DNA of 64,000 nucleotides from Gammaproteobacteria bacterium. Lineage in GTDB: Bacteria; Pseudomonadota; Gammaproteobacteria; CBDBNL01; JAAOII01. The position numbers were made by a program, and so were the translations under genes. Positions 8,940-18,648 of the stretch are shown in pieces. The stretch covers positions 960,001 to 1,024,000 of the forward strand of contig OZ242372.1 of assembly GCA_965209035.1 (NCBI GenBank). Reading direction: 5' to 3'. Under the pieces are notes generated by a model. It saw only the letters and a list, made by a program, of their open reading frames with translations. It was not told the DNA's origin and did no database searches. How positions within the stretch are numbered: the first letter of the stretch is position 1; every line of letters starts with the position of its first letter.

Positions 8940-10808
8940 ATGAAAATATTTGCAATAAAAACTATCAGTAGCAACTGCATTGCATGCATTGCCGCGGTCG
9001 GACAACCGGCGCGCGGCAGGATAAAGTTATTCAATCTATTATTGACAATCACTCTGTCGGTCGTCCTACTCGCCGCCTGTGGCGGTAGTGGCAGCGGTTC
9101 CGGTGGCGGTGCCCCGGACGCGGATGGGGACGGCATTGCGGATGCGAAAGATAACTGTCCGATGGTTGCCAATGATGACCAAACTAATACGGACAATGCT
9201 ACTGACGGCGGTGATGCCTGTGACCCGGATGATGACAATGATGGGGTGGAAGATACAGCGGATGACTTTCCGTTGGATGCCTGTGCGAGTGTGGACACAG
9301 ATCAAGATGGTGATCCGGATCAGTTGGTTGCCGGTTGTGACACAGACTTGGAAGAAGATCCGAACGATGACAATGATGCATTTGATGATGTGGACGAGGT
9401 GGACGACAATAACAATCGCCTCATAGAAATCCACACTTTGGATGACTTGGCACGGCTGCGCGTTGATCTGAATGGCAATGGGACGGCTGATCGGACGATC
9501 GACGGGATTACCGCTATGGGAAATACCGGCTGCCCCGACGACGGCTGTAATGGCTACGAATTGACCCGCTCGTTGAATTTTAGTGATCCGGAATCCTACG
9601 CGAACCGCAGTAAAATGGATGACTGGACAAGCGGCAGCGGCTGGCAGCCAATCGGCTCTTGCGGTGCTGTGGATAGCTGCACCGCTTATACGGCTGTGTT
9701 TGATGGTCGGGATCACACGATTGCCGATCTGTTCATTTCTGTGAGTAATAACAATGGAGTCGGATTGTTCGGCGCGTTGCGCGGCCGTCTTCAAAACTTG
9801 CATCTGTTAAATGTGGATGTGAATGGCGGTGGTGATGATGTGGGCGCACTGGTCGGCCATGGCAAGAATGCTCGTTATGAGAATCTGTCGGTTACAGGTG
9901 GCAGTGTGCTGGGTCCGTCGTCCTTCGAGGGCGTAGGCGGACTGGCCGGGGATGCTGCTTCTGCTAATATGCGCGATGTGCATGTATCCGGCGTAGATGT
10001 TGCCGGGGGGACGGATAATGGCGATAGTACTGTTGGCGGACTGATTGGGCTTGGGATTAATGTGATTATTCGCTATGCTTCTGTGTCCGGCGGCTCTGTT
10101 TCCGGGGGGCAGTCTATTGGCGGACTGATTGGGATTAGTAATAGTGCTAATATTCGCTATGCTTATGTGTCCGGCACAACGGTTGCCGGTAAGATAGGTG
10201 AGATAGGCGGGCTGCTTGGGAATGGAGCTGCTGCTAAGATTCGCTATGCATATGCGTCCGGCGTCAATATTTCTGCTGGCGGTAGAGCTGGCGGGCTGAT
10301 GGGGGCCTTTCAGCAAGAAGCAAGTCTTCGCCATACTTATGTATCCGGCGGAAATATCGAAGTTACAAGTCGTGGTGTTAATGGTGTTGGCGGACTGGCT
10401 AGCGATGCGTTGAGTTCTATCATTGGTTATTCTTATGCCGCCCCCGAACGACTGACTTCAGATTTCTCCACTAATATTGGCGGCTTGGTTGGGTTTAATC
10501 CTCCCGCCTCCGCCAATTTTTCTTATTGGGACACTGAAACCACCGGGCAGTCTGCGAGTGCCGGTGGTCTCGGCATGGGCCTGCCCACTGCCGCACTGCA
10601 ATCGCCGACTAACTTCACGGGCGTAGACAATATCTATGCCGACTGGGGTAACTTCTGGTGCGACCCAGCCACGGGCGATGAGATGGAAAGTGCCGCCGAG
10701 TTGGAGGCACCGTTCATTCGTGTCTGGGATCTGGGCACAAGTTCCCAATACCCGGCTCTGAACTGCATGCCCGGCGGTCTGGCGGCACAAGGCCGAGACA
10801 AACAATAA
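8940..10808 (+). CDS. TSP3/GLUG surface lipoprotein, array copy P1
   Basis: CIAC leader, LAAC lipobox, Gly linker, TSP3 repeats, GYELTRSLNFS, GGLIG rungs, QYPALNCMPGG cap. Start set at the ATG conserved in all six copies; ATG 8913 with aagga SD is an alternative. Confidence 0.88.
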   Translation: MKIFAIKTISSNCIACIAAVGQPARGRIKLFNLLLTITLSVVLLAACGGSGSGSGGGAPDADGDGIADAKDNCPMVANDDQTNTDNATDGGDACDPDDDNDGVEDTADDFPLDACASVDTDQDGDPDQLVAGCDTDLEEDPNDDNDAFDDVDEVDDNNNRLIEIHTLDDLARLRVDLNGNGTADRTIDGITAMGNTGCPDDGCNGYELTRSLNFSDPESYANRSKMDDWTSGSGWQPIGSCGAVDSCTAYTAVFDGRDHTIADLFISVSNNNGVGLFGALRGRLQNLHLLNVDVNGGGDDVGALVGHGKNARYENLSVTGGSVLGPSSFEGVGGLAGDAASANMRDVHVSGVDVAGGTDNGDSTVGGLIGLGINVIIRYASVSGGSVSGGQSIGGLIGISNSANIRYAYVSGTTVAGKIGEIGGLLGNGAAAKIRYAYASGVNISAGGRAGGLMGAFQQEASLRHTYVSGGNIEVTSRGVNGVGGLASDALSSIIGYSYAAPERLTSDFSTNIGGLVGFNPPASANFSYWDTETTGQSASAGGLGMGLPTAALQSPTNFTGVDNIYADWGNFWCDPATGDEMESAAELEAPFIRVWDLGTSSQYPALNCMPGGLAAQGRDKQ

Positions 10809-10871
10809 CGCAATGATCACCATTAATGATTTTCTAACTATATGATTAATCCATTACAAAAACAAACTATT

Positions 10872-12773
10872 ATGAACACATTTAAACTAAATGCTCTCAG
10901 TAACAACTGCATTGCATGCATGGCCGCGGCCGGGCAAACGGTGTGCAATGGCACAATGTTATTATTGACAATCGCCCTGTCAGTCGTCCTGCTAGCATCT
11001 TGTGGCGGCGGCGGTTCCGGCGGAGGCGGTGGTAACCCTCCACCGATAGCGGACGCGGATAAGGACGGCATTGCGGATACGGCGGATAACTGTCCCTCGG
11101 TTGCCAATGCGGACCAAAACAACACGGATTTCACGGCGGACGCAACAACGGGAGACACTCTCGGCGATGCCTGTGATCCGGACGATGACAATGACGGTGT
11201 GCATGACGCGGCGGATGACTTTCCTTTGGATGCCTGTGCAAGTGTGGACACAGATCAAGATGGTGATCCGGATCGTTTGGTCTTTGCAGACTGTGACACA
11301 GACTTGGAAGAAGATCTGAACGATGACAATGATGCATTCGATGATATAGACGAGGTGGACGACAATAACAATCGCCTCATAGAAATCCACACTTTGGATG
11401 ATTTGGCGCGGCTGCGCGTGGATCTGGATGGTAATGGGACCGCGGACCGGACGATTGCCGGGATTACCGCTATGGGAAATACCGGCTGTCCCGCCGACGG
11501 CTGTAATGGCTACGAATTGACTCGCTCGTTGAATTTTAGCGATCCGGATTCCTACGCGAACCGCAGTAAGATGAATGACTGGACAAGCGGCAGCGGCTGG
11601 CAGCCAATCGGCTCTTGCGGTGCTGCGGATAGCTGCACCGCTTACACGGCGGTGTTTGATGGTCGGGATCACACGATTGCCGATCTGTTCATTTCTGTGA
11701 GTAATGACAATGGAGTCGGATTGTTTGGCGCGTTGCGCGGCCGTCTTCAAAACTTGCATCTGTTAAATGTGGATGTGAATGTCAATGGCGGTGGTGATGA
11801 TGTGGGCGGACTGGTCGGCAATGGCAAGAATGCTCGTTATGAGAATCTGTCGGTTACAGGTGGCAGTGTGCTGGGTTCGTCGTCCTTTCAAGGTGTAGGC
11901 GGGCTGGCCGGGGATGCTGCTTCGTCTAATATGAACAATGTGCATGTATCCGGCGTAGATGTTACCGGGGAGACTACGGCTCTGGGTGCGGGTATTGTTG
12001 GCGGGCTGATTGGAAATGGACAGTCTGTTACTATTCGCTATGCTTCTGTATCCGGCGGACATGTTTCCGGGAGGAATAATGTTGGCGGATTGATTGGGTT
12101 CGGTCGTTCCGCTAATATTCGCTATGCTTCTGTATCCGGCATAACGGTTGCCGGTGAGAAGACTAGTATAGGCGGGCTGATTGGGAATGCAGATCCTGCT
12201 AATATTCGCTATGCATATGCGTCCGGCGTAATTATTTCTGCTGGCGGTAGAGTTGGCGGGCTGATTGGGAACTTTCAGGATGGAGCAGATATTCGCCATG
12301 CTTATGTGTCCGGCGGAAATATCGAAGCTACAAGTGGTGGTATTAATGGTGTTGGCGGCCTGATTGGCGATGAGAGGAGTTCTATAATTTATTATTCATA
12401 TGTTGCCTCCGGACGACTGACTTCAGATGCCTCCACTAATATTGGCGGCTTGGTTGGGTTCAATTCTCTTGCCTCCGCCAATTCTTCTTATTGGGACACT
12501 CGAACCACCGGTCAGTCTGCGAGTGCCGGTGGTCTCGGCACGGGCCTGCCCACCGCCGCACTGCAATCGCCGACTAACTTCACGGGTGCGGATAATATCT
12601 ATGCCGACTGGGGTAACTTCTGGTGCGACCCGAATACGGGCGACGAGATGGAAAGTGCCACCGAATTGGAGGATCCTTTTGTTCGTGTCTGGGATCTCGG
12701 GAACAGCACACAATATCCGGCTCTGAACTGCATGCCCGGCGGCCTGGCTGCACAAGGCCGAGACAAACAATAA
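10872..12773 (+). CDS. TSP3/GLUG surface lipoprotein, array copy P2
   Basis: Same architecture; LASC lipobox; alternative start 10842. Confidence 0.88.
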   Translation: MNTFKLNALSNNCIACMAAAGQTVCNGTMLLLTIALSVVLLASCGGGGSGGGGGNPPPIADADKDGIADTADNCPSVANADQNNTDFTADATTGDTLGDACDPDDDNDGVHDAADDFPLDACASVDTDQDGDPDRLVFADCDTDLEEDLNDDNDAFDDIDEVDDNNNRLIEIHTLDDLARLRVDLDGNGTADRTIAGITAMGNTGCPADGCNGYELTRSLNFSDPDSYANRSKMNDWTSGSGWQPIGSCGAADSCTAYTAVFDGRDHTIADLFISVSNDNGVGLFGALRGRLQNLHLLNVDVNVNGGGDDVGGLVGNGKNARYENLSVTGGSVLGSSSFQGVGGLAGDAASSNMNNVHVSGVDVTGETTALGAGIVGGLIGNGQSVTIRYASVSGGHVSGRNNVGGLIGFGRSANIRYASVSGITVAGEKTSIGGLIGNADPANIRYAYASGVIISAGGRVGGLIGNFQDGADIRHAYVSGGNIEATSGGINGVGGLIGDERSSIIYYSYVASGRLTSDASTNIGGLVGFNSLASANSSYWDTRTTGQSASAGGLGTGLPTAALQSPTNFTGADNIYADWGNFWCDPNTGDEMESATELEDPFVRVWDLGNSTQYPALNCMPGGLAAQGRDKQ

Positions 12774-12835
12774 CGCAATGATTACCATTAATGATTTTGA
12801 AACTATATTACAAATCAACTACAAAAAGAACTATT

Positions 12836-14752
12836 ATGAAAATATTTAAAAGACAAACTATCAGTAGCAACTGCATTGCATGCATTGCCGCGGTCGGGCA
12901 AACAGCACGCGGCGGGACAAAGTTATTCATTCCATTCTTGACAATCGCCCTGTCGGCTGTCTGCATTGCCCTACTCGTCGCCTGTGGCGGCGGCGGTTCC
13001 GGCGGAGGCGGCGGTAACCATCCACCGATAGCGGACGCGGATGGAGACGGCATTGCGGATACGGCGGATAACTGTCCCTCGGTTGCCAATGCGGACCAAA
13101 ACAACACGGATTTCACGGCGGACGCAACAACGGGAGACACTCTCGGCGATGCCTGTGATCCGGACGATGACAATGACGGTGTGCATGACGCGGCGGATGA
13201 CTTTCCTTTGGATGCCTGTGCGAGTGTGGACACCGATAAAGATGGTGATCCGGATCGTTTGGTTTCTGCAGACTGTGACACAGACTTGGAAGAAGATCTG
13301 AACGATGACAATGACGCGTTCAATGATGTGGACGATCTGGACGACAATAACAATCGCCTCATAGAAATCCACACTTTGGATGACTTGGCGCGGCTGCGCG
13401 TGGATCTGAATGGCAATGGGACGGCTGATCGGACGATTGCCGGGATTACCGCTATGGGAAATACGGGCTGTCCTGACAGCGGCTGTAATGGCTACGAATT
13501 GACCCGCTCGTTGAATTTTAGCGATCCGGATTCCTACGCGAACCGCAGTAAGATGGATGACTGGACAAGCGGCAGCGGCTGGCAGCCAATCGGCTCTTGC
13601 GGTGCTGCGGATAGTTGCACCGCTTATACGGCGGTGTTTGATGGACGGGATCACACGATTGCCAATCTGTTCATTTCTGTGAGTAATGACAATGGAGTCG
13701 GATTGTTTGGCGCATTTCGCGGCCGTCTTCAAAACTTGCATCTGTTAAATGTGGATGTGAATGTGAATGGAGATGGTGATGATGTGGGCGCACTGGTAGG
13801 CCATGGCAAGAATGCCCGTTATGAGAATCTGTCGGTTACGGGTGGCCGTGTGCTGGGTCCGTCGTCCTTCGAAGGTGTAGGCGGACTGGCCGGAGATGCT
13901 GTTTCTGCTAATATGAGTTATGTGCATGTATCCGGCGTAGATGTTGCCGGGGGGACGGATAATGGCGATAGTACCGTTGGCGGACTGATTGGAGATGGGC
14001 GGTCTGCTAATATTCGCTATGCATCTGTGTCCGGCGGCTCTGTGTCCGGAGGGCAGAATGTCGGCGGACTGATTGGGAATGGAGATTCTGCTAATATTCG
14101 CTATGCATCTGTGTCCGGCATGACGATTCCCGGTGAGAGTACTAATATAGGCGGACTGATTGGGAATGGAGCTGCTGCTAAGATTCGCTATGCATATGCG
14201 TCCGACGTAAATATTTCTGCTGGCGGTAGAGTTGGCGGGCTGATTGGGATCTTTCAGCAAGGAGCAGATCTTCGCCATGCTTATGTGTCCGGTGGAAATA
14301 TCGAAGCTACAAGTCGTGGTATTAATGGTGTTGGCGGACTGGCTAGCGATGCGTCGAGTTCTATCATTGGTTATTCTTATGTTGCCTCCGGACGAGTTAC
14401 TTCAGATGCCTCCACTAATATTGGCGGCTTGGTTGGGTTTAATCCTCCCGCCTCCGCCAATTTTTCTTATTGGGACACTGAAACCACCGGGCAGTCTGCG
14501 AGTGCCGGTGGTCTCGGCACGGGTCTGCCCACTGCCGCACTGCAATCGCCGACCAACTTCACGGGTGCGGATAATATCTATGCCGACTGGGGTAACTTCT
14601 GGTGCGACCCAAATACGGGCGACGAGATGGAAAGTGCCGCCGAGTTGGATGCGCCTTTCATTCGTGTCTGGGATCTGGGCACAAGTTCCCAATATCCGGC
14701 TCTGAACTGCATGCCCGGCGGTCTGGCGGCACAAGGCCGAGACAAACAATAA
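12836..14752 (+). CDS. TSP3/GLUG surface lipoprotein, array copy P3
   Basis: Same architecture; LVAC lipobox; ORF open from 12791. Confidence 0.88.
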   Translation: MKIFKRQTISSNCIACIAAVGQTARGGTKLFIPFLTIALSAVCIALLVACGGGGSGGGGGNHPPIADADGDGIADTADNCPSVANADQNNTDFTADATTGDTLGDACDPDDDNDGVHDAADDFPLDACASVDTDKDGDPDRLVSADCDTDLEEDLNDDNDAFNDVDDLDDNNNRLIEIHTLDDLARLRVDLNGNGTADRTIAGITAMGNTGCPDSGCNGYELTRSLNFSDPDSYANRSKMDDWTSGSGWQPIGSCGAADSCTAYTAVFDGRDHTIANLFISVSNDNGVGLFGAFRGRLQNLHLLNVDVNVNGDGDDVGALVGHGKNARYENLSVTGGRVLGPSSFEGVGGLAGDAVSANMSYVHVSGVDVAGGTDNGDSTVGGLIGDGRSANIRYASVSGGSVSGGQNVGGLIGNGDSANIRYASVSGMTIPGESTNIGGLIGNGAAAKIRYAYASDVNISAGGRVGGLIGIFQQGADLRHAYVSGGNIEATSRGINGVGGLASDASSSIIGYSYVASGRVTSDASTNIGGLVGFNPPASANFSYWDTETTGQSASAGGLGTGLPTAALQSPTNFTGADNIYADWGNFWCDPNTGDEMESAAELDAPFIRVWDLGTSSQYPALNCMPGGLAAQGRDKQ

Positions 14753-14811
14753 CGCAAGGATTACCATTCATTATTTTAGAACGATATTACAAATCAACTA
14801 CAAAAAAAATT

Positions 14812-16707
14812 ATGAAAATATTTAAAGCACAAACTATCAGTAACAACTGCATTGCATGCATGGCCGCGGCCGGGCAAACGGTGCGCAATGGCACAATGTT
14901 ATTATTGACAATCGCCCTGTCAGTCGTCCTGCTAGCATCTTGTGGCGGCAGCGGTTCCGGCGGAGGCGGTGGTAACCCTCCACCGATAGCGGACGCGGAT
15001 AAGGACGGCATTGCGGATACGGCGGATAACTGTCCCTCGGTTGCCAATGCGGACCAAAACAACACGGATTTCACGGCGGACGCAACAACGGGAGACACTC
15101 TCGGCGATGCCTGTGATCCGGACGATGACAATGATGGCGTGAATGACGCGGCGGATGCGTATCCTTTGGATGCCTGTGCAAGTGTGAACTCGGATGGCGA
15201 TCTAATGCCGGATCGTTTGGTTGCCGGTTGTGACACAGACTTGGAAGAAGATCTAAACGATGACAATGATGCATTCGATGATATAGACGAGGTGGACGAC
15301 AATGGTAACGGCCTCATAGAAATCCATACTTTGGATGACTTGGCGCGGCTGCGCGTTGACCTGGATGGTAATGGGACGGCTGACCGGACGATTGCCGGGA
15401 TTACCGCTATGGGAAATACCGGCTGCCCCGACGACGGCTGTAATGGCTACGAATTGACTCGCTCGTTGAATTTTAGCGATGAGACATCCTACGCGAACCG
15501 CAGTAAGATGGATGACTGGACAAGCGGCAGTGGTTGGAATCCAATCGGTTCTTGCGGTTCTCCGGATAGTTGCACCGCTTATACGGCGGTGTTTGATGGT
15601 CGGGATCACACGATTGCCAATCTGTTCATTTCTGTGAGTAATAACAATGGAGTGGGATTGTTTGGCGCATTTCGTGGCCGGCTTCAAAACTTGCATCTGT
15701 TAAATGTGAATGTGAATGTGAATGGTGGTGGTAATGATGTGGGCGCACTGGTAGGCCATGGCAGGAATGCTCGTTATGAGAATCTGTCGGTTACGGGTGG
15801 CAGTGTGATGGGTCCGTCGTCCTTCGATGGTGTAGGCGGACTGGCCGGGGATGCTGTTTTTGCTAATATGCGCGATGTGCATGCACTCGGCATAGATGTT
15901 GCCGGGGGGACATTTAATAATGCTAATAGTGTTGGCGGACTGATTGGAGATGGGCGGTCTGCGATTATTCGCTATGCATCTGTGTCCGGCGGCTCTGTTT
16001 CCGGGAGGCAAAATGTCGGCGGACTGATTGGGACTGGGAGTCCTGTTAATATTCGCTATGCTTATGTGTCCGTCCTAACGGTCGCCGGCATTCGTGATAT
16101 AGGCGGGCTGATTGGGATTGGGAGTGGTGGTTCTAATATTCGCTATGTATATGCGTCCGGCGTCAATATTTCTGCTGGCGATAGAACTGGCGGGCTGATA
16201 GGGGGATTTCAGAATGCAGATCTTCGCCATGCTTATGTGTCCGGCGGAAATATCGAATCTACAAGTGGTAGTTCTACTGGTACGGGCGGACTGACTGGCG
16301 ATGGGTTGAACTCTATCATTAATTATACTTATGCCGCCCCCGAACGACTGACTGCAATTGTCACCACTAATCTTAACGGCTTGATTGGGGCTACCGCACA
16401 TTCCGCCGCCGCTGATTCTTCTTATTGGGACACTGAAACCACCGGGCAGCCTGCGAGTGTCGGTGGTCGCAGCATGGGTCTGCCCACCGCCGCACTGCAA
16501 TCGCCGACCAACTTCACGGGGGCGGATAATATCTATGCCGACTGGGGTAACTTCTGGTGCGACCCGAATACGGGCGATGAGATGGAAAGTGCCACCGAGT
16601 TGGAGGATCCTTTTGTTCGTGTCTGGGATCTCGGGAACAGCACACAATATCCGGCTCTGAACTGCATGCCCGGCGGTCTGGCGGCACAAGGCCGAGACAA
16701 ACAATAA
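14812..16707 (+). CDS. TSP3/GLUG surface lipoprotein, array copy P4
   Basis: Same architecture; LASC lipobox; the ORF-track start 14602 overlaps P3 and is unlikely. Confidence 0.88.
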   Translation: MKIFKAQTISNNCIACMAAAGQTVRNGTMLLLTIALSVVLLASCGGSGSGGGGGNPPPIADADKDGIADTADNCPSVANADQNNTDFTADATTGDTLGDACDPDDDNDGVNDAADAYPLDACASVNSDGDLMPDRLVAGCDTDLEEDLNDDNDAFDDIDEVDDNGNGLIEIHTLDDLARLRVDLDGNGTADRTIAGITAMGNTGCPDDGCNGYELTRSLNFSDETSYANRSKMDDWTSGSGWNPIGSCGSPDSCTAYTAVFDGRDHTIANLFISVSNNNGVGLFGAFRGRLQNLHLLNVNVNVNGGGNDVGALVGHGRNARYENLSVTGGSVMGPSSFDGVGGLAGDAVFANMRDVHALGIDVAGGTFNNANSVGGLIGDGRSAIIRYASVSGGSVSGRQNVGGLIGTGSPVNIRYAYVSVLTVAGIRDIGGLIGIGSGGSNIRYVYASGVNISAGDRTGGLIGGFQNADLRHAYVSGGNIESTSGSSTGTGGLTGDGLNSIINYTYAAPERLTAIVTTNLNGLIGATAHSAAADSSYWDTETTGQPASVGGRSMGLPTAALQSPTNFTGADNIYADWGNFWCDPNTGDEMESATELEDPFVRVWDLGNSTQYPALNCMPGGLAAQGRDKQ

Positions 16708-16770
16708 CGCAATGATCACCATTAATGATTTTCTAACTATATGATTAATCCATTACAAAAACAAACTATT

Positions 16771-18588
16771 ATGAACACATTTAAACTAAATGCTCTCAGT
16801 AACAACTGCATTGCATGCATTGCCGCGGTCGGCCAACCGGCACGCAGCGGTATCATTTTATTATTGACAATCGCCTTGTCGGTCGTCCTACTCACCTCCT
16901 GCGGCGGTGGTTCCGGCGGAGGCGGCGGTAACCATCCACCGATAGCGGACGCGGATAAGGACGGCATTGCGGATACGGCGGATAACTGTCCCTCGGTTGC
17001 CAATGCGGACCAAAACAACACAGATTTGGCGGCGGATGCAACAACGGGAGACGCTCTGGGCGATGCCTGTGACCCGGACGATGACAATGACGGTGTGCAT
17101 GACGCGGCGGATGACTTTCCTTTGGATGCCTGTGCGAGTGTGGACACGGATGGCGATAAGCTGCCGGATAGTTTGGTTGCCGCCGACTGTGAAACAGACT
17201 TGACAGCAGATCCGGACGATGACAATGATACAGTCGATGATGTGGACGATCTGGACGACAATAACAATCGCCTCATAGAAATCCACACTTTGGATGACTT
17301 GGCACGGCTGCGCGTTGATCTGAATGGCAATGGGACGGCTGATCGGACGATCGACGGGATTACCGCTATGGGAAATACCGGCTGCCCCGACGACGGCTGT
17401 AATGGCTACGAATTGACCCGCTCGTTGAATTTTAGTGATCCGGATTCCTATGACGATGACAGCGGTAGCAGCGATAAGATGGATGCCTGGACAGATCGCA
17501 GCGGCAGCGGTTGGCAGCCCATCGGCTCCTGCAGTGATGCAATTACTTGCACCCCTTATTCGGCGATGTTTGATGGTCGGGGTTATGTTGTTGCCGATCT
17601 GTTTATCAATGCGAGTGATGATACGGATGGTGTGGGGTTATTTGCTGCGTTCAATGGCAGTATGCAAAACTTACATCTCTTGGATGCGAATGTCCATGGC
17701 GGTGACTCTAATGTGGGTCTGTTAGTGGGTCAGGGTGTGAATGCTCGCTTTGAGAATCTGTCGGTTTCAGGAATCTTGATGAGTCCGCAGGCTACTACTG
17801 TGGGTGGCCTGGCCGGCGATGCGGGAGGGGCTATGATTCGTCATTCTTATGCATCCGATATTGTTGTTTTCGGTCTTGCTAGCGTGGGCGGTCTGGCTGG
17901 CAACGGTGCTAAATCTCAGATTCGCTATTCCTATGTCATCGATACCGCTGTGTTCGCCGGGCAAAGTAGTGACGAATCTACGGTCGGTGGTCTGGTCGGC
18001 GATGGGTTCGATGCTATTATTCTGGCTGCGTATGTGTTAGATTCTTCTGTTTTCGGTATAGGTAGAGGGATCGGTGGTCTGGTCGGCAATGGGCGAGAAG
18101 TTAGTATTACTGCTGCGTATGTGTCCGGCGGAAGCGTTGCCGGGGGGAGCGAGAGCGATGAAGTCGGTGGTCTGTTAGGTCGAGGGATCAAGGCAAAAAT
18201 TCGTTATTCTTATGTAGCTGTCAGGGTTTCCTCGCTTAGAACAGTAGCTCCTATTACCGGCGGCTTGTTCGGTGCTGCTCCGGCGATAAAAATCGACGCT
18301 TCTTATTCGGATACTCAAGTCACCACACAGTCAACCAGTCACCCTTCTGTTGATGTTTCCGGTGTGGATAAGAACACGATAGAATTACAATCGCCGAGCG
18401 ACTTCACCGGGACAGATAATATTTACGCCGATTGGGGCAATTTTTGGTGCGACCCGAATACGGGCGAAGTGGTGGAAAGTACAACCGAGTTGGCTCCTCC
18501 ATTAAGGCGTCTGTGGGATCTCGGAACGGCCGAACAATATCCCGCGCTCAACTGCACACCCGGCGGTGTGGAAAGGCAGCGGCGATAA
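16771..18588 (+). CDS. TSP3/GLUG surface lipoprotein, array copy P5 (chimeric)
   Basis: LTSC lipobox; N-half like P1-P4, C-half like P6; alternative start 16741. Confidence 0.88.
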   Translation: MNTFKLNALSNNCIACIAAVGQPARSGIILLLTIALSVVLLTSCGGGSGGGGGNHPPIADADKDGIADTADNCPSVANADQNNTDLAADATTGDALGDACDPDDDNDGVHDAADDFPLDACASVDTDGDKLPDSLVAADCETDLTADPDDDNDTVDDVDDLDDNNNRLIEIHTLDDLARLRVDLNGNGTADRTIDGITAMGNTGCPDDGCNGYELTRSLNFSDPDSYDDDSGSSDKMDAWTDRSGSGWQPIGSCSDAITCTPYSAMFDGRGYVVADLFINASDDTDGVGLFAAFNGSMQNLHLLDANVHGGDSNVGLLVGQGVNARFENLSVSGILMSPQATTVGGLAGDAGGAMIRHSYASDIVVFGLASVGGLAGNGAKSQIRYSYVIDTAVFAGQSSDESTVGGLVGDGFDAIILAAYVLDSSVFGIGRGIGGLVGNGREVSITAAYVSGGSVAGGSESDEVGGLLGRGIKAKIRYSYVAVRVSSLRTVAPITGGLFGAAPAIKIDASYSDTQVTTQSTSHPSVDVSGVDKNTIELQSPSDFTGTDNIYADWGNFWCDPNTGEVVESTTELAPPLRRLWDLGTAEQYPALNCTPGGVERQRR

Positions 18589-18648
18589 CGCAATGATTAC
18601 CCTTAATGATTTTGGAACTATATTACAAATCAACTACAAAAAGAAATT

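Noticed and set aside
14602-14811. N-terminal extension of P4
   Set aside because: Overlaps the P3 C-terminus in another frame; paralogs place the start at 14812
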